A DNA stretch of 64,000 bases from Chiloscyllium plagiosum (taxonomy: Eukaryota): NCBI RefSeq assembly GCF_004010195.1, contig NC_057718.1, positions 16,072,420 to 16,136,419 on the forward strand, written 5' to 3'. The notes under the pieces are model-generated. The model saw nothing but the letters and a program-made list of their open reading frames with translations. It ran no database searches and was not told the DNA's origin. Positions 49,580 through 62,963 of this stretch are shown here, piece by piece (the first letter of the stretch is position 1; each line of letters starts with the position of its first letter). The position numbers and the translations under genes are program-made.

Positions 49580-50680
49580 AGGAGACTTGTTTGGATTTCC
49601 ATGAGGCTTTTGACAAGGTGCCACACAGCAAACTGCTAACTAAGATAAGGCATTAGGGACAAGGAACAGGCATGGACAGAGGATTGGCAGAAGGCAGAGA
49701 CTGGGGGATAAAGGAGTCCTTTTCAAGATAGCAGACAATGACTAGTTGAGTCCCACAGATGTCAGTGTTGGGACCTCAGTTATTCACATCTTACATTAAC
49801 AACCTGGTCGTGAAACTGAGGGCATTATTGCTAAGTTTGCAGGTGACACAGATAGGTGCAGGAATACAAAGTGTTGAGGAAGTGGAGAGGCTGCAGAAGG
49901 ACTTGACAGACTAAGAGAGTGGGCAAAGAAGTGACAGATGGAATACAAAGTGTGAGGATATGCACTTTGGTATGAAGAACAGAGATTTAGACTATTTTCT
50001 ATAAAGGGAAAAGACTTTGGGAATCAGAAGCATAACGGAACCTGGGAGTCTACTTTAGGGTTCTCTTAAGGTTAACATGCAGGTTCAGTTTGCAGTTGGG
50101 AAGGCAAATGCAACGTAAGCTTTCATTTCAGGAGGGCTAGTTTACAAGAGGAGAGATGAACTACTGAGACTGTATAAGTCTCTGACCGGGCCATATTTGG
50201 AATATTGAGTGCAATTTTGGGCCCTGTATCTAAGACTGGATGTGCTAGCCTGAAAGGGGTTCAGAGGAGGTTTAAAAGAATGATCCCGGAATGAAGAGCT
50301 TGTCATGTATATAGCAGTTGAGGACTCTGGGTCTGTAGTAGAAGGATCGGACAGATCTCATTGATACTTACAGAATACTAATGCGCCTGGATAGGCTGAA
50401 TGTGGAGATGATGTTTCCTCTGGTAGGAGAGGAAAGGACCCAAGGGCACAGCTTCAACATGAAGGGACAACTCTTTAGAACGGAGATGAACAGAAATCTC
50501 TTGAGGTTGGTGAATCTGTAGAACTCGCTGACGAAAGCTGGAGGCCAAGTCATTGAGTGTATTCAAGATAGAAACTGATAGCCTTTGATCCCCTTACTAA
50601 TCAAGAACCTATGGGTAGAAGGCCAGAGAATGGAGTTGAGAAACATATCAGCAGTGATCAAATGGCAGAGGAGGCCCAAT
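49580..50680 (+). mobile_element. Old CR1 RT to 3' end
   Basis: LDFHEAFDKVPH, KFAGDT, LEYxVQFW. Confidence 0.8.
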
Positions 50681-50699
50681 GGTCTAGTGTACCAGTTTT

Positions 50700-51890
50700 G
50701 GAGAATCAGGTGGTGAGTTACTTACTTAAGGATACCTAGCCACAGTATTTACATCGTTAGCCCAGTTCAGTTTCTGGTCACTAGGAATACCCCAGGATGA
50801 CAAGGTCTAGCACTTGTGACATATCACTCGGCATTTGTTAGCACAAACCTAGATACTGTTCAGGTCTTGCTGAATTTGGGCATGGATTGTTTCGATGGGT
50901 GAGTCATGAATGGTGCTGAACATTGTGCCAATGAACATGTCCACTTCCGGACCTTATGATGGGAGGAAACGTTATTGTTGAAGCAGAAAATGGTGGACAT
51001 ACGACACTCCCAAGGAACTCTAGCACAAATGTTCTGGAGCTGAGACAGACCTCCAACAACCACAATCCATCATTCTTTGTACCAGATGTGACTAACTAGA
51101 GTTTTCTCCCCAGTTCCCATTGACTTCAATTTTGCTAGGACTCCTCTATGCCACACTGTCAAATGCCACCTTTATTGTCAACAGTAGCACTCTCGCCTCA
51201 CCTCTGGAATTCAGCTCTTTTATCCACATTTGAACTAAGGTTGCATTGAGGTCAGGAACTGATTGATGCTCAGTTCAGCCTCTAACATGGCCAGTGAGTA
51301 GGTTGTTGCTAAGTACTGCTTGATAGACACAGTACAACAGTGCTTCACAGGAGTCTCCAAAGCACTGAAGTCACCCAAACAGGGAATGAATCATCTGTAA
51401 ATTAACTTCCTCCCAGCTTGGCGAACATACCCACAACCACAGTAATTGGCACCCGAGCAACAAATCTTTACGCAAACCTTAAGCGCTATTGATGGCATAT
51501 CCATCGTTTTACTGATGGAGAATGGACTGATGGGGCACTAATTTGCTGGGTTGGATGTATCTTGTTTTATGTTTACAGGAGATAGCTGGGCAATATTCCA
51601 CATTGTCACCCAGATGCTAGTGTTGGACGAGAAGAGTTTGGCTAAGAACACTGCAAGGTCTGAAAATTTGCATTCCAGAACTGTTGCCAGAACATTGTCA
51701 GGGACTATAGTTTTTGCAGTATCTAATACCTCCAACCACTTATTGATATCACATGGAATGAATCGAATTGGCTGAAGATTGGCAGCTGTGGCACTGGGGA
51801 CCTTCAGAAGAGGCTGACATGGAGCAACTACAACACTTCTAGTTGAAGAGAGTTGGAAATGCTCCAGCCTTACCTTTTATACTATATCCT
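50700..51890 (-). mobile_element. Ancient CR1-group LINE fragments
   Basis: PDNVLATVL..LAKLF..WNIAQLSPV..SNPAN. Confidence 0.65.
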
Positions 51891-52593
51891 TCATTAGGGA
51901 ATGAAAGAATGAGTAATAGACAACCATTGGTCATGCAATCTCAATATTTATTCACACAATATATACACATTCACTTTAAGATGCATGCTTATTTACAAGA
52001 TTCTGAATGAGAAGCAGTAGAAGAGACGCTTAACTGATTCTAATTGATTACTGACTAGCGGAAAATGGTTAATGAATACATACCTGCATAAAGTAAATTT
52101 GATTGTGTAGAGGTATGCAACTTGTTTCAAATTAAGTGTGTATATGGCTTAACCAGCATTACCATGGCTATACTCCAGGTAGCCAGCAATACATACAGAA
52201 TAGATTGGGAAATTCCCCAGCCCAACGCACGGTCCTTTATATAAATAGTTTTACAAGTTATGTGCTGATTGTGGAGTTTTGTTATGCACAAATTAGCTGC
52301 CTGTTTAAATGCATAAAGGGCCAAATTACATTTCAATACAGTATTTCATGGGACACAATGCATAAGTTTAAGTCCAAAAATCTTACTGCTCTTCTACAAT
52401 TCATCTATTCTAATTCTCCAATTTTCATTCTTTTGATTGTTCACAGTGGATGCCTGACACACACTACAATTGCTTCATAAAATATTTGTCTCTATCAATT
52501 TTCCTCTCTGCTTACATCATCCCTGCACTCTTACACTTTAATGTAAATCACAGCAGGTGCTGCATGGTCAGACATCTGAGATAAAAACATGTT

Positions 52594-53228
52594 AGGGCTC
52601 TTAAAATGCAGAGGTAGTATCCCTATCTTTAAGCCAAAGGTCCAGGTTTAAGTCCTATCTGTTCCAGAGGCGTGTAATAACATCACAGAACAAGTTGATT
52701 AGGAACTAGGTTTAAAAACAGAATTTAAATCAGCCTGTTCTGAGATGTTATTAAACACCTCTGGAGCAGGAGAGACTCTAACCTAAGTCTCCCAGCTTCG
52801 GGATATGGACATTACCATTGCGTCACAAGAATCCTATTTTTTTTCTATTTAATCTATTTTTCTAATCAACTTGTTAAAAAATGTTATTACACACAGACAG
52901 GAGCAATAAATGCTGGCCGAGCCAGAGATGCCAAAATCCTAAGTGAATTAAAAAACACACCTCTGGAGCAGGTGAGACTTGAACCCACGTCTCTCAGTCC
53001 AGGGATAAGGATACTACCACTGTTGCACAAGAACCCTAACATGCTTAAATTTTATTTTCAAACCTATTTTCTAAAAATATCTAATAAATTGATTAGAAAA
53101 ATAGGTTAAATAAAAAGTCAGGATTTTTGTGATGCAGTGGTAGTGTCCCCATCTGAGGCAGAAGAGCTAGGTTCAAGTTTCACCTGCTCCAATAATTAAA
53201 GTTCTGAATAGGTTGATTAGAAAATACA
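52594..53228. repeat. Cluster of four short tRNA-derived SINEs (+,-,-,+)
   Basis: Copies at ~52594-52710(+), ~52727-52835(-), ~52855-53038(-), ~53120-53228(+), with A/B boxes and the shared tail in varying states of decay. Confidence 0.75.
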
Positions 53229-53589
53229 TTAGCCCAGCTAAGAAATCCTGACCAGCGATTTGGCAGGAGTGGTTCAGCCACCAGACTGGACAAGAGTGCT
53301 ATCTTGCAGGAGACAAGTGCTGGTTATAAACCTGCTGCTGGGATCCATGCTGTGATACTGGCTGGTCCATTTCACCCCTATCCCTAGTTTTGTCACAAAC
53401 ATCCAGATGATGCAGGTTTACTTCTTCTGGGACAAGACGATGCATGGGTCATAGAGTCAGAGAGATATACAGCACAGAAACAGACACTTCGGTCCAACCC
53501 GTCTATGCTGGCCAGATATCCCAATCCAGGTAAAAACAATGACTGCAGATGCTGGAAACCAGATTCTGGATCAGTGGTGCTTGAAGAGT

Positions 53590-55500
53590 CTGACCCAGTT
53601 GTCAAGCGTGACCTTCCCTTGACAAAGCTGTGTTGACTTGGCCCTATTTTACCATTCACTTCCAAGTATTCTGCAGTCTCCTTAATGGGCTCTAAAATCT
53701 TACCATCGACTGAGGTCAGGCCACCTAGCCGATAGTTTCCTGTCTTCTGCCTTCCTTAAACAGGGGTGTTACATTAGCCATTTTCCAGTCCTCCTAGAAC
53801 CCTCCCTAACTCTAGCGATTTCTGAAAGATCACCACCAATGTCTTCACAATCTCCTTAGCCACCTCCTTCAGAATTCTAAGTTGTAGTCCATCTGGTCCC
53901 CGAGTGATTTATTCACCTTCGAACCTTTGTCTTCCCAGCACCTTTTCCTCACTATGCCACTTCTTTGTTGCCTATTACTACTTCTCCAGCTCATTATCCA
54001 TTGGTCAAATGTCCATTCTTGCCTTTCTCACATTTTTGTTCCTTAAAACAAAATTATTGCAATCTTTTACAATACCTTCATAATTCATTCCCTCACCCCA
54101 CCTTCCCCCAATATTCTAGCTTTTTTAGTTGTCCTCTGGTTTCCCACTAATCTTCACCACATTGTATGCTTTTTCTTTTTGCTTCTATGCTGTCCCTGAT
54201 TTCACTTGTCAGTTGCAGTTACCTAGTTATTCCTCTTATATTATTTCTTATTCCTGGGGATGAAATTCTGCTGTGCCTCTAGAAACTCCTGCCATTGCTG
54301 CTCCACCATCTTCCCTGCTAGACTCTCCTTCCAGTTAACTCTGGCCAGCTCCTCTGTCTTTGTAGTTACCTTTTATTCTATAATAATACCGTCACATCTG
54401 ATTCGAATTTCTCACTCAGAATTTACCCTGCAGTTTCAGTCCTATTATGGTCACTGCCCCCTATAAGTTCCTTCTCCTAAGCTCCCTATTCAAATCATTA
54501 CACATTCCCAAATCCAGAATTGCCTATTCCCTAGTGGGCTGTAATGCAAGCTGCTCCAAAAAAACATGCCGTAGACATTCCATGGAATGCTCGTCTTGGG
54601 AATCTACTACTAACTGTTCCCAGTCCACCTGTAAAGCACAGTCCCTCATGATTATTGTAATAGTGTTTTTCTTGCATGCCTTTTCTATTTCCTGAATTAT
54701 TTTCTACACTGTATCCTGACTACTGCTATAGACTTGTATGTAACTTCCATCAGTCGTGTTTTTTCCTTGCAGTTTCTTCAGTCTACCCACACAGATTCTA
54801 TTTCTTCCAACCTCACATCACTTCATGCTATCAATTAGGCTTAATTTCTTACTAACAAGGCAATCTCACCCTCTCAGCCCATCTGTCTGCTCTTTCAATA
54901 GGACATGTATCCTTGGATATATAGTTCCCAGCTCTGATCCCCTTTGCAGCCACATCTGCGATATCCACAACATTGGCAGGTACAATTTCTGTGACGCAAG
55001 CTTATTTACCTTGTTTCATGTAATATATGCATTTAAGTACAATGCTGTCAGTCCTGTGTTGATTGCACCCCTTCTCATAGTTGTCCTTTATCTGTTAGAT
55101 TCCTGACTCTTTCCATACTCTGACCTATGACTTGTTCTGGTAACTTTAATAACCTCTGGAGCACCCCCCCACCTTAACTTTTTGCATAATTTTCTGTGCA
55201 ACTGAACCCACCCCCTCACACTTTCGTTTGACGCCTTATCCACAGCACTTGTTATGCAATTCACAAGGGCTCTGGTCCCAACATGATTTGGGTGGACCCT
55301 TTTCTGTCAGAAAATCTATCTCTCTTCCCAATACTGCTGCCAGCTAACATCTGAAGGAGTGGGGTGCTGATAGCTTGTGTTTTCAAATAAATGTTTTGGA
55401 GTATAAGCTGCCGTTGTGATTTTTGATGTCCCATGAATTTGAACCAGTTTCTCTCACACCGATCTTTGTACCATGTGCTTATCTCTTTAATCTTGTTGAT
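53590..55500 (-). mobile_element. Old CR1 ORF2 relic
   Basis: IGPSQHSFVKGRSRLT; APE relics. Confidence 0.7.
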
Positions 55501-55519
55501 CCTGTGCAAGTTCTCAGCC

Positions 55520-56640
55520 ATAGGGACTGTTCAACCTCTGCCGCCTTCAATCCAAAGCCACTGCAACCTCTGTCAAAGAGCCTCAGTATGTAGATGATAC
55601 TTGTGTGCACACTTGTTCAAAAACAGATTTCCAAGTCATTGTCAAGTCCTTTGAAACATATCACTAAACATATGGCAAGCTAAAATGGTCTTTCAACCAT
55701 CACTGGCAGTATATTTTCTCTCTTGTGATTTAAGATCAAACCTGAAATTTTGGAAAATGGAGACAATTTTTCATATCTTAGGAGTCCTCTCAGTGTGAAG
55801 GCAGACATAGGCAATAAAACCCAGCATTGCCTCCAATACATTGGCTCAGTTTTTGATCTCTGAGGGAGAGATATTTGAGGACCAGCTCTCGTCTTTAATT
55901 CGGGTTACGGTTTACCAGCACCAGTGTTCACCATGCTCTATTATGTTTTGGCACCTCAGAGTACAGGTTGTTCTGCTATAATGCGTGCTTTGTCAACACG
56001 AATTTGCTATAATGCGATGATGAATTGAGGAAGCTGTTTATAAAGTGTGAACTTTTAAAACGTGTTGGCTGTAATGTGATTACAACACCAGCACTTTAAA
56101 CGCTGTTTCTAAAGCACTATTTTTCTGTCGTGCAGGGTTGCATAAGAACGCAACCATTGCATTTATAGAAGAACAGACTGTACAGGAAAAGGATCACCAG
56201 CGTTGTCTTCAAAATCCTTAAAATCCAGTGGAACGAATATCAAGGTCCTCTCCTCAGTCAGTATGATCAGCATTGAGCTATTAATAATTCAAACTCATCT
56301 CTATTGAAATGGACACTTGGTTTATATGCCAAAGCCCAGAATTGAAACTACTATATGTAGAAGAAGTTGAACATCCTCACCAGCTAATTAGTCCCTGCCA
56401 TATTACTGATAAAACTGGAGAAGGCTCGTTCAGGGACGCAAAGTTGAAATATTGGAGGGCTACGTAACTTCCAAATAAACGAACCAACTGAACTTCCAAG
56501 CACCACTTGCTCCACAGGTTGTAAGTCATACAGACCGTGCATTGAAATTCCATCATCTGCGAGTTCATCAAACACGAGTACAAGCAAGGCACCTTCAATC
56601 CTAATGGACTAACTAAAGAGAGCGCTTCCATTGCCACATT
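55520..56640 (+). mobile_element. Degraded RTE LINE RT C-terminal part
   Basis: QYVDD, FSYLRSPLS, HQRCLxKILKIQW. Confidence 0.7.
55964..56180. mobile_element. Tc1/mariner(Tigger)-type MITE, family B
   Basis: TA TSD; TIRs CAGGTTGTTCTGCTATAA / TTATAGAAGAACAGACTG. Confidence 0.82.
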
Positions 56641-57024
56641 GTTAGTATATCAACACTCATCTTACAAGTGGTACTATCCCATGGTTTAGCATCTCATTTG
56701 AAAATGCAATGTAGTGGTTAGTCAATACTTTTCAGCAATCTTGGCCTAGATGGTCTTGTTTTTGCAGCTGGGACCTTTTGAATGTGAAATGAAAGTACAA
56801 ATAGAGTTAAACCGTTATTGACTGGATCAGTGTCCCATATCAAAGCTTGGCCATGCCCATGTTCTTTACTTTACGTGCTATGGTTTTTTTAAATCAAGAG
56901 CAGCATTTTGGGAGATCATCTGATATTGGTTGTCAATTTTTTTGTTTTTGCTCTACTTTTTGTAGTTTTCATTCCACTTCTCACTTACCAAAAATAAGTG
57001 TTGCATTGATTGTAACAAGGTCAG

Positions 57025-57192
57025 TTAGTAGAAAGTAAGGACTGCAGATCAGAGTCAAGAGTGTGGTGCTGGAAAAGCACAGCAGGTCAGGCAGCATCCG
57101 AGGAGCAGGAAAATCGACGTTTCGGGCATCAGCCCTTCAGGAATTCCTGACCTGCCTGACCTGCTGTGCTTTTCCAGCACCACACCCTCAAT
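57025..57192. mobile_element. Fold-back mini-PLE with 15-bp TSD
   Basis: Inverted arms GTGTGGTGCTGGAAAAGCACAGCAGGTCAGGCAG / reverse complement; TTGTAACAAGGTCAG at 57010-57024 and 57193-57207. Confidence 0.88.
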
Positions 57193-57393
57193 TTGTAACA
57201 AGGTCAGCAAGGTGGACGTCATAAAATTAATTCCCTGATTGGTGTCGTCAATCTGGTCCAATCAGAGCCCTGGCTGACCAATTAAAAAGTAGTGTCAAAG
57301 AAAAAAAGCAGTATTGTCAGAAGTTGTCACTCTGACAGCTGGCTTTGAGGAAGCTGGATCAGCATTATCAGCGTCAAAGACTTTCTGCGTGTA

Positions 57394-57544
57394 CAGAGGA
57401 ACTTCGATTATTGGAAGGACACAGGCGGGGAATGTTTCATTCAGTTAATCGAATGCTGGATAACATAGTTTGGCCAGGCTTTGGAACCTTGCAATTTTGC
57501 CGGATAATCCAATAATTGGATGCCGGATAATTGAGGTTCCTGTG
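57394..57544. mobile_element. MITE family A, second copy
   Basis: TA-CAGAGGAACTTCGATTAT...ATAATTGAGGTTCCTGTG; homologous to 18512-18672. Confidence 0.75.
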
Positions 57545-60500
57545 TTAACAAACTGTGACTTGGTGATGGGATAAAGGCCTCTGCGGCGTTATTTCATTTG
57601 TCCAGTGGAATTGCAGAGACTGAGGGAATTGGAAAGAAAATATGTATGTGCTTAACAGACAAGTCTCACCAAGGTGCTGTCTAGCGTATTTATCTTTTTT
57701 TTAAACAACTGTTGAGGTGTATGCAATTCTTAATCAGCTGGGAAAGTGGATAAACAAATCAAGATTAAGTCATGGTTTTTGGTGCAATACTGATGGAGGA
57801 TGCCTGATATTTGATGTACATAACTATTAAAATAGGGTATCACCCCCCAAAAAAGTTGTTAAAAGATAGACTGAACCTGCTTGCTTAGTGAGCCAAGTTA
57901 ATTTTCTCCCATTGATTGAGCAAGAGGCCACATTTAAATGTTTGAACATGGAATTTTGATTCTTAATTTTTATTAAAATGTTTCTTCATCGTTTATATTG
58001 TTTGCTATACTTAAGAAATTGTACAAACAAATTTTTAAAGTTACCTAACTAAAAATTTGGCTGGATCATATTTGCAAACTACATTAATTTTTCTGTCCAG
58101 TTATTTAATGTACAAAACAAGCTGTCATACTTTTTAATTGCTCCATAGCTACAGACAAGCCCCCTTTCAGGGTCTTTGTTAGGGAGGAGCTTTTGAAGTA
58201 TCTGGTTGTTTGCAGCTGTGTTGTGGCTTTGGTTGCTTAACATTTTGCCGGTTTTTTTAAACAAACCCCTGACAGAAGGGAGTTTGTGTTTTCAACAGAC
58301 CGGCTTCATACCAAAGTGGTTTAAGCAGCTGTATTGTGGGGCAACAACAAAGAGTTTATTATTGTGTCTGTGACGCAAGGAGCTAGCAATTCTGCGGTGA
58401 GGCATTGCTGCTGTTGATGTCGATTGTTGACTTGCCATCTGCCAGATAGGAAGAATAAAAAAATGACAGCTCCAGCAGGGTGTTCAAGAGCTTATTGGAG
58501 AGACGCATAAACATGTGCAGATGTCAAACAGCATTCTGACAGGAGTTCAAAATGCTCGATAATGCTGTCTCCTCTGGCAATATATTATCTATATCATCCA
58601 ACAAAGTTTTCAGTAGCAATGTTGTAAATTCTTTTACATTGAGCATCAAATATCATTTCAAAAGTTGCTCTATGGAGCAGTTAGGTGAACGGCAACTTTT
58701 CAAAAATTATTTGATGTTTAAATTTGTGACTTTAGTGCTAAAAAGATTTTTTTCAAAATGCATTTTTATGATCGATGTGTTTTTATCTTGTGTTGCCTGT
58801 TCTTTCTTTGCCAATTCTACTATTTATTCCTTGTGGGTGCTATTGAACTTAATAGTTTTGTGCTTTTTGTTTTGAAGCGGCATCCCCTGATTGGGAAAAT
58901 GTATTTACAGCAAAGATCCCTAACTACCATGTGTGTGCTGGAAAACAACACTTGATCTGCATTTTTGATTTAATTCATACATGGCTACTGTACTCTTGAA
59001 CTTATTTATTTTATACAGTTCATCAAGCATTTTTCCTTCTGCTGTTGATTAACTTAAAGTGCTGAAGGTTAACAACAAATTTCAAACTGAAGCTCTAGTT
59101 GTATAGCACTGAGATGACAGGATAATTTAAGAATGGTGCAAGTAGGCAGCTGTAACTTTATTGCTTATTGTATTTATTGTTAGCTAAGGGAAGCAGAATT
59201 CAGAAACATAGCAACACAAATGTTTGACTAATTATTTTCAAAAAGAATCGTGAAACTCCTGTACTTGTACATACATGACAAAAATGTTGAGACCATGCCT
59301 TCAAACAGTCTTGTTGCTAAAATAAACCATTTTTTTGTTGTAAAATCTGTGATGTTTACTGGCAGAAATTAGGTTTCCTGTATTATAACCTGTTAACTTA
59401 TTCAAGAATAATTTCAAAACTCAGCCAACGTTGCTGAATGAAAAGATTGATTAAATGCTTCAGTTTCCAACCTTTAAAACTTTATTCCAGTTGGGAATGT
59501 ATCATGCAGTAGCACTTATGGTAATTGTACCTTTGTGATCATTGGGTACAATTGAAGGAGAGCAATTTGCCGTTTTTCCTTTACTGTTTTAGGAGTGGAC
59601 ACTAGGGGTTTCCGTACCTTTGCAATTTTGGCCTTTAATATTGAGCTTCACAGACTGGCTTCTTGTATGTATGTATCTATAATTTTAGCTCCCTTACCTT
59701 TTACTGTAGAATTTTGGACTCATTTCCTTGGACCTGTAGTGCTGTTCATTCTTACACTGCGTGCAGCTGATGAGAAAGAAAATATAAACTTGGCTGTAAC
59801 TTCATTTGTGTAAATATCTTTTTTTTAACCTTGCAATGTTTGCATTGTCTATAGAGTTAAAACAGAATTAGATTCTTCTTCCCAATTCTCCTCCTTGCCT
59901 TCTGTCCACTAAAACTTGGATAGTCTAAAGTAGACTCTATGGACATCAGGCATCTAGATGTGTTACATAATTTGCACTGTGTAAGTAGTTACACAATCAA
60001 GATTGAAACATGCATGTTTTAGAAGGGACTGATTTGAGAATGCTATTTATTCTGCAGATTAAGGATTTTTCCCTCCTGTTCTGTTTATACTGCAGAGTAG
60101 TTTGATCCACAGGATAAAAGAAGCCAACTGTTTTGATGAAAAATGACCACTCTTGAGTCTACATGCTTCAAATAAACAGGGTTTTATTCATACTTATGCC
60201 AGGGAGATGCTCATGTCAATTATCCAAAACTTCTCAAAAATACAGTTTCTGGTGTGCATTTAGAATTCACAATTTAATGTTAGGTCCCCTGTTAGTTCAA
60301 GCCTTGTGAATGCTAATTTCCGTAGTAAATCGACTGCAGTTCTCCTCATTCTACATTGTGTATCTGGATTTTAACCTTCTAATATTAACCTTGTCCATGC
60401 CAGGCACATCATGAGATCCTCTATCCACCATTGACTGCAAGAATCCAGCTGCAGATTGGGTGGTCTTCAGACCTTTTAATTTGTGCTTCGCTTATGGCTT

Positions 60501-61064
60501 CACAAATGTCCCAAAGTTGGTCCTGGAGCACCATCAGTCTTTTGTAGCAGCAATTATAGGGCCACAGTGGCTGCTGCCAGCCTTCCTACATACCACCTGT
60601 TGCTGTCTCGATCACTGAGTCTTCCGATACTCCAGTCGATTCCTTGCTCGGTTCATTTGTACTCTACCCCTGTGGTTGCTTGACATCTTTATTTAGTAAA
60701 CTGCTTGCTGACGGCTAAGCCTTGGACCACTCTTCCTGAAGCATTGTTAATATTCAACAAACTATTGTACTGTAGACTGAATATGTAATTGGTGAGGGGC
60801 CTTCCTGCCAGATGAAAGTCCACCACAGTAAAGTGATTAGTGATCTGTAAGCAGATGGTGTGATTGTTGTCACAATCCAATCTTACATAAAGAAACCTTG
60901 TTCTACCCATCAAATGTCAACGCAAGGTGGAAGGTTGGACTCCATTACATGCCTTTTCAAGATGAAAGATCAGGGCAGAATTGTTACTCATGGCTTACAG
61001 TGTATTATAGGAGCAGGTGATGTACTGATACAGCATTTCAGCATTCTCATTGTCAATAAATTAC

Positions 61065-62620
61065 TTAGATGTCATACAGCATGGCAAATAGACCCTTTGG
61101 TCCAACTCATGTGCGTCAACCAGACACCCCAATCTGACCAAGTAACACTTGCCAGCATTTGGCCTACGTCCCTCTAAACCATTCCTGTTCATTAAAACCA
61201 TCCAGATGCCTTTTAAATGCTGTACCCAAATCCTCCACTTCCTCTGGCATATTGTTCCATACATGCACCATCCTCTGCTAGAAAAAGTTACACCTCAGGT
61301 CCTTTTTAAATTTTTGCCCTCTTACCTTGAACCTATGCCCTCTAGTTTTGGACTCCCCTACCCTGGAGAAAAAAATCCTTGGTTATTCACCCATCCATGT
61401 CTCTCGTGATTTTATAAACCTCTATAAGGTTTATAAACCTCAGTCTCTGCTGCAGTGAGAAAAGCTCCAGCCTATTCAGCCTCACCCTGTAGCTCAAACC
61501 CTTCAGTCCCAGCAACATCCTTGTAAATCTTTTTTCACACTCTGATTTAACATCATCCTTCATATGGAAGGGTGACCAGAATTATATGCAGTATTCAAAA
61601 AGTGGCCTCACCATTGTCCTGTACAACTGCAATATGACATCCTAACTTCTATACTCAATGGGATAGTCAGTTTCCAGGTGCTTGTGTTGGGAGTAAAATC
61701 TCCAGGCTGCATGCGAGACACACAGCTGCCCTGTTGGTGGTCTATATTTATCGACCCTTTCTCTGTTTTCCCCAGCCTACTTTGTCCAAATTTGAATTGT
61801 CCTGAAAGAACTGTTGCCCTGCAGAGTTCCCAGCATTCTCTGGGTAAAAGTCTTTTCCTTGCATATCCTCTAAAGCTTCTGTCCCCTACCTCAAATATAT
61901 ACCCCCAGTTATTGATCGCTCCAAGGGAAAATGTTTCTTCCTGTCTCCCCTATCTATGACCCTCACCATTTTACATATCGCAATCATGTACCCCTCTTTT
62001 TCCTTGGAACAAAGATGTTAACCTCAGTCTGTTCAATCTCTCTCCATAACTGAAACTCTGCAGCCTAGGCAAATTCCCTGTACACCCACTCCAGTGCAGT
62101 CACATCACTCCTATAATGTGGATTTTAAAACTACACGCAACACTAGCTGTGGTCGACCCAACATTTTTATACAGTTCCAGCATCACCTCCCTGCTTTTAA
62201 ATTCCTTGCCTCAGCTAATAAAGGCAAGTATCTCTTTATGCTGCCTTAACCACTTTATCCACTTGTCTGATACCTTAAAGGTCCACTGTACATGCATACC
62301 AAGGTCCGTCTGATCCTTGGTGCTTCTCTTAATACTACAGTTGAGTATGCCTTGTTTGTCCTGCCCAAGTGCATCAGCCCCACGTTTATCCAGACTGAGA
62401 AAGAACTGAGGCTGTTGTAAGTCAGAACCTGAGGGAGGATCATCAGATCCAAACATTAACTTTGTTTGATTTGTCTTCACATATGCTGCCACACCTGCTG
62501 AGCTTTTCTAGCAACTTTTGTTTTTGTTTATCTAGGCTGACCCATTTGTCACTGATGAGCCCATCTGATCAGTCTGTCTATTTCCTTCTGTAATCGAAGG
62601 TTATCCTCCGTGTTTAATCT
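61065..62620 (-). mobile_element. Two CR1 3' fragments, the second containing a PLE family 4 piece (~62420-62530)
   Basis: CR1 tails and RT C-terminal motifs. Confidence 0.75.
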
Positions 62621-62667
62621 GTGGTACAGAGAACATACTTATCCATCACCTGACGTCAATTTTTTTT

Positions 62668-62963
62668 TTAGATTAGATTACTTAGTGTGGAAACAGGCCC
62701 TTCGGCCCAACAAGTCCACGCCGAAGCGAAACCCACCCAGACCCATACCCCTACATTTACTCCTTCACCTAACACTACGGGCAATTTAGCGTGGCCAATT
62801 CACCTAACCTGCACATTGTTGGATAGTGGGAGGAAACCGGAGCACCCGGAGGAAACCCACGCAGATACTGAGAATGTGCAAACTCCACACAGTCAGATGC
62901 CTGAGGCGGGAATCGAACCTGGGACTCTGACGCTGTGAGGCAACAGTGCTAACCATGCTGCCC
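62668..62963 (-). mobile_element. HE1-type V-SINE
   Basis: Reverse complement of 27281-27590. Confidence 0.92.

Noticed and set aside
60440..61060. Possible ancient minus-strand APE endonuclease relic
   Set aside because: Only faint motif resemblance; cannot be supported without an HMM search
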